DNA from: Amoeboradix gromovi X-113
Lineage: Eukaryota > Fungi > Sanchytriomycota
Direction: 5' to 3'
NCBI GenBank assembly: GCA_018985225.1
Contig: JADGIF010000288.1
Span: forward strand, 1-11,632
DNA: 11,632 nt
A program made the translations under genes and the position numbers. Position 1 is the stretch's first letter; every line of letters begins with the position of its first letter. The notes below the pieces were generated by a model. The model worked only from the letters and a program-made list of their open reading frames with translations. It searched no databases and was not told the DNA's origin. Of this stretch, positions 1 through 8,658 are shown piece by piece.

Positions 1-22
1 TTTGAAATTCGATACAAAAAGT

Positions 23-171
23 TATTTATTCTCCTTTCATACTCGTCAACTCCGCAACTAGCTGAATGTCCACTCGTCTCTTAAATCCATAAAATTAATA
101 AAGCTGAAATAATGTTCCAAGTTGTTACAGAAAGTTAGTCTAGTTTTTATATTTGATGTCCCTTTTGCTTA
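23..171 (-). mobile_element. Left end of a second copy of the TIR element at 8581-9078, inverted and probably continuing beyond the window start
   Basis: The reverse complement of 39-171 aligns without gaps to 8582-8714 with 9 mismatches in 133 nt (hand alignment); looser similarity continues to about position 23. It contains the TIR (133-171), and similarity ends at a TA (170-171). Confidence 0.8.
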
Positions 172-675
172 TTCCTGAATTCAGAACAAAAGAAAAACTA
201 CTGACAGCCAGTTGCAGTCTAATGCACAGTTTGCGGAATATTTGGGACTGCAATTGACCAGTTCTATACTTTTAAGGTCTTTCAATCAGAAATTATGTGG
301 TTTTTGTAAATTATGTCTCTCTTGTAGTGGCTAGTTGCCATCATCTGGTTTTAGTTAGCGAGTTATTAGCTACAAGGCTATAGTTATTCCGTGTTACTCT
401 TTTCAAAATACTCGCAGTTGTAATAAAATGACACGTTTCACTTTTGTTTTTTATAGGTTGATGCAAACTTAGTGAATTAAACCCCCTCCCCCCAAAAAAG
501 TAAGCCACAATTAAATTTGGAATTGCTGTTTTTCTTGCATACTCACTAAAGAATGAATTTTCTAACGCAATGTCACGGCTAGTTTACAAGCATATCCAAT
601 TTTAATTCAATTAGGCAAGGATTGTTTGATTGGTTGTCAAATACATAAGTAATAAACAGTTTGCAGTTGCTTGAT

Positions 676-1197
676 ATGCTATCTTGGAAAAGACAATCTG
701 TAAAAGCTATTTCGGAACTTGAAACTCCAAAAACTACTGGTTTATTACTAACTATTTGGTTCTCCGTGCTAATTGCCTTAAGTTTCGTAGTTATGGTGTA
801 TTATGATAATTTTTCTCCATTTTTCTTCCTAGTGCTAAATGCTGGTTACATATATTCGATTTATCAAAAAGAGTTGTCAATCAAAAAGCTGGCATTTTGG
901 ATTCATGCCATAGTATCTGGCGCTGGTGGAATACTTGTTTCTGCGCTTGGGATGGCGTTTGCTTGGGGAGCAAAAAATTTTTATCAAATAGTTAAGAATA
1001 ACGCACCAGTAGCGGTTCCCACCTCCTCAGGATTGTCTAGTGTACCTCAAACTGCCAGCACAATGGCGACTATATTTCTTGTGATTTTTGTGCTTTACGT
1101 TCTTTATGTTGTCTTTACAATTGGAGCAATTATCGCTTTCTGGCATCACTGCCAGTCGTCTGACCTGTCCAAAGTTAAAGAAAAAGTTGATAAGTAA
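676..1197 (+). CDS. Hypothetical integral membrane protein, about 4 TM helices, 173 aa
   Basis: The ORF track starts at TTG 661; the first ATG is at 676. Four hydrophobic segments (LLLTIWFSVLIALSFVVMVYY; FFFLVLNAGYIYSIY; LAFWIHAIVSGAGGILVSALGMAFAWG; TIFLVIFVLYVLYVVFTIGAIIAFW). AATAAA at 1222-1227 follows the stop. No family recognised; an upstream exon is not excluded. Confidence 0.7.
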   Translation: MLSWKRQSVKAISELETPKTTGLLLTIWFSVLIALSFVVMVYYDNFSPFFFLVLNAGYIYSIYQKELSIKKLAFWIHAIVSGAGGILVSALGMAFAWGAKNFYQIVKNNAPVAVPTSSGLSSVPQTASTMATIFLVIFVLYVLYVVFTIGAIIAFWHHCQSSDLSKVKEKVDK

Positions 1198-1221
1198 GCA
1201 AACCATGAAGCTAGTCTTCGA

Positions 1222-1247
1222 AATAAATGTTATAAATCTTATTTATT
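1222..1247. terminator. Paired polyadenylation signals of two convergent genes
   Basis: AATAAA on + at 1222-1227 and on - at 1242-1247 (TTTATT), within the 51 bp spacer between the stop codons. Confidence 0.55.
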
Positions 1248-1248
1248 T

Positions 1249-2580
1249 TTAAGAAACTCCAAATATTCTAGTCATCACTTTACTTTGTGTAGGTCCCATC
1301 AATCTATGATCTATTTCATACACATGCATCAGTGTTCCGCTACTCAATACAAACAACAGCAACGATGATATCTTGTTAATATTTGGAAACAACGCTTCCA
1401 AGGTGCGTGGCAGCATATACAATGCTAGTTCAGTTCTTCTACCAGTAGGCTCCAAAATGACCCATAAGCCACCCAGGAATCCGTTTATCATGTAATGCCA
1501 AAACGCCTCCTTGCCTCTAAATCGTCTTAAAAAGCATGCCACTCCGTATAATGTGCAGCTTAATAAGCTTAGAAACACGCTACTTCTGACTGCAGACTTC
1601 ATTGATAGTTTTAAAGCATGTTTAAAATGTTTCCTTAATAAATTGTGCTTAAATATCACTGCAGATGCAACGCTTAATGGTGCGTAAATCTTCATGCACC
1701 TGAAAAATACTTGGATGAAGAATAACGGATAGAATGACCCACATTGTAAGCCCGGATGAATAACTTGGCAGTTTTCTAAATTTTTGGCACAAACATTGTT
1801 TTTTAAAAGTTCCATCATTACTACTCCATCTTCTTGGTATCTTTCTTGGACACCACCAATGTAGAATATCCAGCTTCTAAATGCTTTAGGAACCTTGTAA
1901 GGGTCAAAAGTAAGATTGAATAGAATTGTAGAACAGCTAACAGCCATAAACACGGTACTGCCGTAATTGCTACAGAACTGTGATATTTTGTCTTTAATCG
2001 TGCGGTACATAGGAACTGGAGAATTCGGCGGAGAATCAAAGATTTCGAAAGTTTGTGGTTCCTTCTTCAGTTGGGCTCGGAATAAAAAGAGCTTGGCCGC
2101 AGCATATAAACTGCGAGCACACACTAACCATGTTATACCGTTACGACGCTGTGGGTTAGTGTCCAACAAAATAGATAAACCAGCTATGCATCCAGATAAA
2201 TAAGCACGAGACTTGACTGAGGTATAATGAGTAATGTTGCACATTGATAAGCGGTACAAGCTAACATAGCTGCTTAAAAACATTGCGAACTGCACTGTAT
2301 CCCACTTAATTTTGAATACATTGAAAATATTCTTACGAAGCTGTGGCAGTACATATATAGCATGCTTTACAAGAAAGCTTATAGTAAACGTGCGAGACAG
2401 CCCACGAATTGCATGAGCATGGCAGTTCATTTCATGATGACATTTGTATTTCAAATTAAAATAAGATTTCTTCTTCAAGTTATGCTGCAAGTTGCTTAAC
2501 CTATTGATAACATGCTCAGTTTCTTTGTCTGTTAATAAACTCGCTAAAAGCTGGGTAATTGATTCCATCCAAGTAGACAT
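1249..2580 (-). CDS. TMEM135: TMEM135-family (PXMP4/Tim17-like fold) multi-pass membrane protein, about 443 aa
   Basis: Family-typical motifs CQVIHPG..C, SAVRSSVFLS and EPTGRRTELALYMLPRTLE, with a two-repeat hydrophobic layout. The ORF-track start (GTG 2700) lies inside RAD50; the first ATG is at 2580 (alternative 2568). Confidence 0.8.
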   Translation of the reverse strand: MSTWMESITQLLASLLTDKETEHVINRLSNLQHNLKKKSYFNLKYKCHHEMNCHAHAIRGLSRTFTISFLVKHAIYVLPQLRKNIFNVFKIKWDTVQFAMFLSSYVSLYRLSMCNITHYTSVKSRAYLSGCIAGLSILLDTNPQRRNGITWLVCARSLYAAAKLFLFRAQLKKEPQTFEIFDSPPNSPVPMYRTIKDKISQFCSNYGSTVFMAVSCSTILFNLTFDPYKVPKAFRSWIFYIGGVQERYQEDGVVMMELLKNNVCAKNLENCQVIHPGLQCGSFYPLFFIQVFFRCMKIYAPLSVASAVIFKHNLLRKHFKHALKLSMKSAVRSSVFLSLLSCTLYGVACFLRRFRGKEAFWHYMINGFLGGLWVILEPTGRRTELALYMLPRTLEALFPNINKISSLLLFVLSSGTLMHVYEIDHRLMGPTQSKVMTRIFGVS

Positions 2581-2618
2581 CTCCGAGTGTTTAATCACAT
2601 CGCTAATCCTTGTGAAAC
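2581..2618. promoter_or_regulatory. 38 bp head-to-head spacer, putative bidirectional promoter region of TMEM135 and RAD50
   Basis: Divergent ATGs at 2580 (-) and 2619 (+). Function is inferred from geometry only. Confidence 0.45.
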
Positions 2619-5600
2619 ATGTCAAGATTAGATAAGTTGTCGATTCGTGGCATTCGTAGTTATGCGCCTGATGATGCTCAAATAATCGATTTCTGTACAC
2701 CTTTAACTCTAATTGTAGGTAAGAATGGCTGTGGAAAGACTACAATCATTGAATCTCTCATGTATGCATCCACAGGCAGTCTTCCTGCACTAAGTAAAGG
2801 CGGGGCTTTTATTTATGATCCCAAGATTGCTGGTGAAACTAGCGTCAAGGCTCAGATTCGACTTCGGTTCAACGATGTTAGCTCTAAACGCATGACTATG
2901 AATCGTAATCTACAAGCATCTCAAACCAAAAAGGGAGTATCAATGAAGACTTTGGAAGCCTTATTACAAGTTGAAGACGAGAATGGTGGTTCTCATAATA
3001 TAACACAGAAATGCGCTGATGTCAATGCTGAAATTCAAAATCGACTTGGGGTATCGAAAGCGATACTTGAAAATGTAATATTTGTACATCAAGAAGAATG
3101 CAACTGGCCATTAAGTGAACCTGCGGTGTTAAAGAAAAAGTTTGATGACATATTTAGTGCTACAGAATATGCCAAGATGGTTAAATCATTGTTGGAAATA
3201 TCCAAAAAACTAAAAGATGATTTAAAGCTATCAAAGACCGAACTGAAGTATCTAAATGAAAACAAAAACAAGTCTGTTGAGAAAAAGATTCAAATGCGCC
3301 AAACTAGCGATAAAATTACTGCTTACAAAAAGGACATTTCTGCACTAGAAGAATCACTGAACAGTTTGAATTTAGAGATGGATCAATTAGTAGAGACTAC
3401 CAAGTCATTTAACTCCATTGAAACACTTTTAAATGAGTACAAGTCTAAACGACAACACATTCTTCAGAATGCAGATGATTTGAAGTTGCAAATTAATCCA
3501 ATGCCTACAGAGTCAAACGAGGAACTTCAAATCGTATTAGATATGAGAAGGGAAGAGCTGTCTTTGAATCAATCTAATTTACAACAATTACAATTGGATT
3601 TAGATAATAAACAATCTGAATTAATAGATTTACAAAATACCAAAGATTCTTTCATCTCTAGTATTTCTAAACTGCAGTTGCAACAACAGAGACTATTAGA
3701 AAAGCAATCAGCTCTTGATAATATGCATTCTTCGAGATTCAAGCTAGAGCAGGAACTGAGGGAATGTGAATCAAAATTACAATCTGTGGTTGATATCTAC
3801 AACAATAATAAACGGCAGTTAGAGTACAATGTACCTAATAATCAAAACCATGATCTCCTTTTGAATTTAAAGAGTACTAAATCTAATTTAGAGTCTCAAA
3901 TTCAGTCTACAAGTTCAAAGTTAAAGCAAATAAATTTAAATAAACCGATAAACAATGTAGACACAAGACATCAAATAGAATTGCTGAAACAGCAGCAAGA
4001 TTTATTGAAGAATGAGCTCACATCGCTAAACCAACCAAAAGATCTTAAACTACAAAATGATATTGCCCTAGCAAAAGAAAAGCAATCATTGCTTGATGAA
4101 CTACAAACATGCAAAAAGCAGCAATCCATGATTCAATCTACTACAAATGAGTACTACACTAGTCAGCAATCCATTCTAATGCCACTTATATCATTTGTCA
4201 ATGATTATAATCATATCAATTCACAATTATTTAATAAGCAATCATCTCTGCAATCACTAATCAGTACTACAAATACAAACATAGAATCTACTCAACTGCA
4301 AGTGTATCAAACATCGGCTAAATTAGATGAATTGAATGAGAAGATCCAGCAATTTAATGAAACATCAGTCCAGTTTGATGCTAAGTTGAAGGAATTAAAC
4401 TGTAATGATTACTCTACTAGATTGGAGCAGCTAACGAAGAATGTCGAGCTAAGTAAGGGTGCATCTATACTACTACCTATTTATGAGAAGTACATTACAG
4501 ACGCAAAGCATGGTTCATGTGGATTGTGCCATCGTGAATTTGTTAACAACAATGATAAAACTAATTTTTTAAATGATTTGACTACAATGCTGCGGCATTT
4601 GAAAGACGGTCAGAACAAAACTATTGCTTTTCAATCTGAATTAACAACGCTGATGGAATTAAAACCATTGTATGATAAGGTGAACAACGGTAATTTGACT
4701 ATTATTCACCAGCAACAGCAATGCCAAGGTGAATATAATATGCAACAAGGAAGACTGCAACAGCTGAAAAGAGAAATAAAGAAATATCAGAGCCAACTGG
4801 AGACTGTAAAAGCATCTATAGTAGAAACAGCCAAAATAGTAGACCTCAACAAAACAGATTTGAGCAGAATTAATGAGATAAAAGGACTACTGGTTAAATA
4901 TGATGCTATCGACATTGATGCTGTGAAAGAGATGCAAAGCAGCTATGAAGTTAAACAGCATGAAATGCAGATATCGAAACAGGATATCAACAACAGACTG
5001 ACTGCAGCAGGTACAAAGCAGCACGAATTAGAAAAGTTAGAGTTACAACAGCAGCATGAATTGGAGTCATATCTGCAGAGAGTAGAAGCCAGTAAGGATC
5101 TTCAGAGAGAATTAAATACACTCCAAAACCAGTTCGCCTCAACGGTCACAAACTTAGATAAACAACAGTTACAAGTACAGCAGGATGAGCTGAAGACAAC
5201 TAGTATAAAGAATGAGTTATCTCAGTTGGGCGATGCACATTCATTGGAAAAACAGCGTATCGAATCTGAAATAATAGCCCTGAATAGTAGAATTACGTCA
5301 TTCATACATTTGGAAAATGAGATCAAGGAATTGGAAGGCATAAAAATAAACACCAAATTAGACAGGAAGAATAGTGAGCTAAGCAGCGTGAACAAGCAGA
5401 TTAGCAGTCTTGGTGCCCTTATAGTTGGATTACAAAATGACATGCAAAACAAGGATGCATTGGAAATGGGGGCTAAGCAACTTGAGCGCACTATTGAAGA
5501 TGTTTTCAAATACCGCAAATGGATGAAGAATATAGAAGAGATTGACGACATGATCCATGAGAAGCAAAGTAAGCTATCGAGTTATAATGTACATTTGTTT

Positions 5601-6341
5601 AGTAAGCGACAGCATGAACTAACTACGAGTATCAGTGACAAAACCAAGCGAATTGCTAGTTTAAATGGGCAAACAAAACAACTGGACGACCAAAGGAAGG
5701 AGCTAAGCAAGGAGCTGATGACTTACTACAAAGACGCTAATTTAAAACACCACACTACACTAGTTAGCACTATTACCGGGGAATTAGCGATAGGCGATTT
5801 AACTGTGTACGCAGTAGCATTAGACCAAGCTATAATGACATACCACTCTCAAAAAATGAGGCTAGTAAACGACATAATTAGGGAATTATGGGTGGAGACC
5901 TATCAAGGAAATGATATTGACACGATAGAGATCAAAACAGAAGTGGAATCAAAGGGAAACAAATCATACAATTACAGAGTTTGTATGGTTAAGGGAGATG
6001 TGAATATAGATATGAGAGGAAGATGCAGTGCGGGACAAAAGGTTTTGGCGTGTATAATAATACGATTGGCATTAGCGCAAGTTTTTGGAACCAATTGTGG
6101 TATATTAGCGTTGGACGAGCCTACTACAAATCTGGACAAGGGTAACATATTAGCATTAGCTAGTAGTCTATGTAAAATAATAGAAACAAGAAGAAAACAG
6201 AGTAATTTTCAGTTAATAGTTATCACTCACGATGAGCAATTCCTGAATATAATAGGGAAAAAAGAGTTCATAGATTATTACTATAAGATAACCAAAAATA
6301 TAAACCAAGCCAGTGTAATTAAAAGAGTGGAGGCTGAGTAG
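2619..6341 (+). CDS. RAD50: DNA repair protein RAD50 (MRN/MRX SMC-like ATPase), 1240 aa, single exon
   Basis: N-terminus LDKLSIRGIRSY, Walker A GKNGCGKTT, Q-loop FVHQEE, long coiled coils, central zinc hook CGLC (aa 634-637, nt 4518-4529), signature MRGRCSAGQK, Walker B LALDEPTTNLD, H-loop IVITHDE. Confidence 0.98.
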   Translation: MSRLDKLSIRGIRSYAPDDAQIIDFCTPLTLIVGKNGCGKTTIIESLMYASTGSLPALSKGGAFIYDPKIAGETSVKAQIRLRFNDVSSKRMTMNRNLQASQTKKGVSMKTLEALLQVEDENGGSHNITQKCADVNAEIQNRLGVSKAILENVIFVHQEECNWPLSEPAVLKKKFDDIFSATEYAKMVKSLLEISKKLKDDLKLSKTELKYLNENKNKSVEKKIQMRQTSDKITAYKKDISALEESLNSLNLEMDQLVETTKSFNSIETLLNEYKSKRQHILQNADDLKLQINPMPTESNEELQIVLDMRREELSLNQSNLQQLQLDLDNKQSELIDLQNTKDSFISSISKLQLQQQRLLEKQSALDNMHSSRFKLEQELRECESKLQSVVDIYNNNKRQLEYNVPNNQNHDLLLNLKSTKSNLESQIQSTSSKLKQINLNKPINNVDTRHQIELLKQQQDLLKNELTSLNQPKDLKLQNDIALAKEKQSLLDELQTCKKQQSMIQSTTNEYYTSQQSILMPLISFVNDYNHINSQLFNKQSSLQSLISTTNTNIESTQLQVYQTSAKLDELNEKIQQFNETSVQFDAKLKELNCNDYSTRLEQLTKNVELSKGASILLPIYEKYITDAKHGSCGLCHREFVNNNDKTNFLNDLTTMLRHLKDGQNKTIAFQSELTTLMELKPLYDKVNNGNLTIIHQQQQCQGEYNMQQGRLQQLKREIKKYQSQLETVKASIVETAKIVDLNKTDLSRINEIKGLLVKYDAIDIDAVKEMQSSYEVKQHEMQISKQDINNRLTAAGTKQHELEKLELQQQHELESYLQRVEASKDLQRELNTLQNQFASTVTNLDKQQLQVQQDELKTTSIKNELSQLGDAHSLEKQRIESEIIALNSRITSFIHLENEIKELEGIKINTKLDRKNSELSSVNKQISSLGALIVGLQNDMQNKDALEMGAKQLERTIEDVFKYRKWMKNIEEIDDMIHEKQSKLSSYNVHLFSKRQHELTTSISDKTKRIASLNGQTKQLDDQRKELSKELMTYYKDANLKHHTTLVSTITGELAIGDLTVYAVALDQAIMTYHSQKMRLVNDIIRELWVETYQGNDIDTIEIKTEVESKGNKSYNYRVCMVKGDVNIDMRGRCSAGQKVLACIIIRLALAQVFGTNCGILALDEPTTNLDKGNILALASSLCKIIETRRKQSNFQLIVITHDEQFLNIIGKKEFIDYYYKITKNINQASVIKRVEAE

Positions 6342-6344
6342 TAT

Positions 6345-6364
6345 AAAATAAACCTTTTTATTTT
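6345..6364. terminator. Paired polyadenylation signals of convergent RAD50 and USP genes, forming an 8 bp inverted repeat
   Basis: AAAATAAA (6345-6352) CCTT TTTATTTT (6357-6364), in a 34 bp spacer between two TAG stops. Confidence 0.6.
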
Positions 6365-6375
6365 TACAATTGTCT

Positions 6376-8457
6376 CTATTCAGATTTGACATAAAACAAG
6401 ACGTATGCAGCTTTGAAATCGAAATCATTCATATCGCAAATCCGGGTATCATCAAAATAAAACCATTTTGAGACATATTTGCAAGCAGACGTGTAATGCC
6501 CACTATCTAAACCTCCAAATTGATACACTACTGCATACAGGTCATATCTAGTAGACTGTCCAAACGCATTTTCAACCTTCAAATTATAATTCGGAAATTC
6601 AATCTGAGCACTGATTTTACTTTTAAAGTTGCCATCGAATGCAAATCTTTTTAAGTGGAGTATTAGAATGTCTGGTAATATAGTTAGCTTTAGTGTTTTA
6701 TCAGCGTCTCGTAGTATTTTACATTTTGGACATTTCCACTGGTTATCTTTCAGTAATTGTTCTGGCTTTGAAAATTCACTTAAACAATCATTTAAATGGC
6801 ATTTAGATTTATTTGTTATAGGAATTGAAAGCATGTTGAATGCATTAAAACTTGTCGATTGAAATTGGCAAAATTGGCATTTTAATATGGATGCCAATTG
6901 GCCGTGAAATAGTAGATTTATTATTGAGTTATTACTAGCACACCATTTTTCCCACATGAACCTGCTGTATTCCATAATTGACTTTGATTCCCATTCTATT
7001 TCTTCTCTTTCAGTCAAATTTGTATATTTCACTCCTTTTCTCTTTAGATCTTCATGCAGTCCGTCAAGAATAAAGCTGATGAACTCGCTAGCATCATGCT
7101 GTTCACTTCCTTGGAACATAGGATTTGTGTTGCTCACGACCTGTTTTAAATCACTGGGAACGCAATAAGATTGAAAATACTCTGGAGACGACATTTGGCT
7201 CAAAATTTTGAACATAGAAGTTGCTAGTTTTCCTGAATGACCTAGCGGATTATCTGTGTTTATGTCCTTTTTGAACCTACCACTGGTAAAATATCTGTTG
7301 AATGGTGAAGTCCCTTTCAGCGCTTGTAGCGATGCATTCATGTAACAAGTGTTTCCCAAGTTCTTCAGACCAACACCATATTCATGTTGAGTAAGTGTGT
7401 TGGTGTTGTCATGGAATCTAAATTCCTGATGATTTGGTTGCTTGATAGGTAGTTCCGGCAGCTTTTTCAGATCTTTATTCAATTGCTCGTCCACTTTTTT
7501 AGCTCTGTTTTTTATAGCTGCTTTGCTAATATTATCGATAGAAGGTAGTTCTTGTACAAGAGTAGCATCCTGGGTGGTTTGTTTACGGTTTGAGAAATTA
7601 AAATAAGGGTCGTCAAATATAGATCCAATTTGGATGTTATTTGCAACAGTAGGTACATCAGCTTTTTTGATCTCGCTAATTTTTATATCTTTCATCGCAT
7701 TATATCCGCCCTTCACAAGCACTATTTTACAGGAATATGCAACATCAAACAAAATATCATAAATACTCATAACTGTAGAATTGGTATCCATAGATGTTGA
7801 ATTATCATCGAATATAGCAATGATATCGAACTTTGATATTGAATTAAACGTGCTTCGGTTATTTGCCGACAGTGATGAGGTTAAATCAAATTTAGTTTTG
7901 TACACAATTGGGGGGATATAGAGATAATAACGCATCCAGGGTAGTTGGATATCAACACTAGAGAGGCTAACGAATATTATATTGCAGGAGCATGATAACG
8001 AATTTGATTGGATGAATGGGACTAACTCACTAATTGTGATAGTTAGCGAATGCGGGAATTTTAGTAAAGGGTTCTTTAATACATCAGAGAGATCCGCTGT
8101 ATGAGTTTGATTACTGGATGCGTTTTTCAGTAGATGTATCCGCTTCTTCAAGTCCTCCGCTTGGTACTGCTCAATAATCTTTTTTTGTAATAGCTCCAAG
8201 GTAGAGATATCTAGCCCAGCTTGCAGTTGAAGTTGAGGAAATTTAAGAGAAGATTGCGAGTGTTTAGGTATAATTTCTAGAACCAAAGACGTAGATTTTA
8301 GCAAAGATACGTAAGCAGCAGAGGGATTGGATTCCACTTTAGAATTTCCATCTAGAGATGTTGATTCTGCAGCTTTTTCCAGACTTTTAATAGAGTATTG
8401 CAACAACCTGGTCTTATCCAACTGGGCTTGTTGCGTAAGAATAGCGACTTGATCCAT
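6376..8457 (-). CDS. Ubiquitin-specific protease (peptidase C19), USP8/Doa4/Ubp5-like, 693 aa
   Basis: Cys box GLKNLGNTCYMNASLQ, QHDASEF, LDGLHEDL, zinc pairs CQFC/CPKC, LHLKRF, His box SGHYT and WFYFDD. DINTDNPLGHSG, an N-terminal helical region and a degenerate rhodanese-like region (LVKGGYNA) point to the USP8/Doa4 subfamily; orthology is not proven. Confidence 0.92.
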   Translation of the reverse strand: MDQVAILTQQAQLDKTRLLQYSIKSLEKAAESTSLDGNSKVESNPSAAYVSLLKSTSLVLEIIPKHSQSSLKFPQLQLQAGLDISTLELLQKKIIEQYQAEDLKKRIHLLKNASSNQTHTADLSDVLKNPLLKFPHSLTITISELVPFIQSNSLSCSCNIIFVSLSSVDIQLPWMRYYLYIPPIVYKTKFDLTSSLSANNRSTFNSISKFDIIAIFDDNSTSMDTNSTVMSIYDILFDVAYSCKIVLVKGGYNAMKDIKISEIKKADVPTVANNIQIGSIFDDPYFNFSNRKQTTQDATLVQELPSIDNISKAAIKNRAKKVDEQLNKDLKKLPELPIKQPNHQEFRFHDNTNTLTQHEYGVGLKNLGNTCYMNASLQALKGTSPFNRYFTSGRFKKDINTDNPLGHSGKLATSMFKILSQMSSPEYFQSYCVPSDLKQVVSNTNPMFQGSEQHDASEFISFILDGLHEDLKRKGVKYTNLTEREEIEWESKSIMEYSRFMWEKWCASNNSIINLLFHGQLASILKCQFCQFQSTSFNAFNMLSIPITNKSKCHLNDCLSEFSKPEQLLKDNQWKCPKCKILRDADKTLKLTILPDILILHLKRFAFDGNFKSKISAQIEFPNYNLKVENAFGQSTRYDLYAVVYQFGGLDSGHYTSACKYVSKWFYFDDTRICDMNDFDFKAAYVLFYVKSE

Positions 8458-8580
8458 GCTAACAAAGTTGTTTCAAAAACTTGGAATAATGGAATGCATG
8501 GTACACAGCAATTAAAATAATGAGTAAACGATCGTTGGCGGTATAGCATTACAAAGATTGTGTATTTTGCGTAGAATCAT

Positions 8581-8620
8581 GTAAACAAATGGGACATCAA
8601 ATATAAAAACTGGACTAACT
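8581..8620 (+). repeat. Left terminal inverted repeat
   Basis: GTAAACAAATGGGACATCAAATATAAAAACTGGACTAACT; matches the reverse complement of 9038-9078 and of 133-171. Confidence 0.88.
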
Positions 8621-8658
8621 TTCTGTAACAATTTGGAACATTACTTCAGCTTTATTAA

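Noticed and set aside
482-493. C-rich tract as a G-quadruplex on the minus strand
   Set aside because: Only two G-runs in 12 nt, too few for a canonical three-tier intramolecular G4.
2581-2700. 40-aa N-terminal extension of TMEM135 from GTG 2700
   Set aside because: Non-ATG start lying antisense within the conserved RAD50 N-terminus; ATG 2580 is more plausible.
4518-4529. Zinc hook CGLC rather than CPxC
   Set aside because: Both Cys are intact and the second residue varies among eukaryotic RAD50 proteins.
2619-6341. RAD50 as a prokaryotic SbcC or SMC-type defence ATPase, or use of a non-standard genetic code
   Set aside because: The motifs and neighbours are eukaryotic housekeeping genes. 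TAA and TAG end the conserved proteins at their expected C-termini, so there is no sign of stop-codon reassignment.
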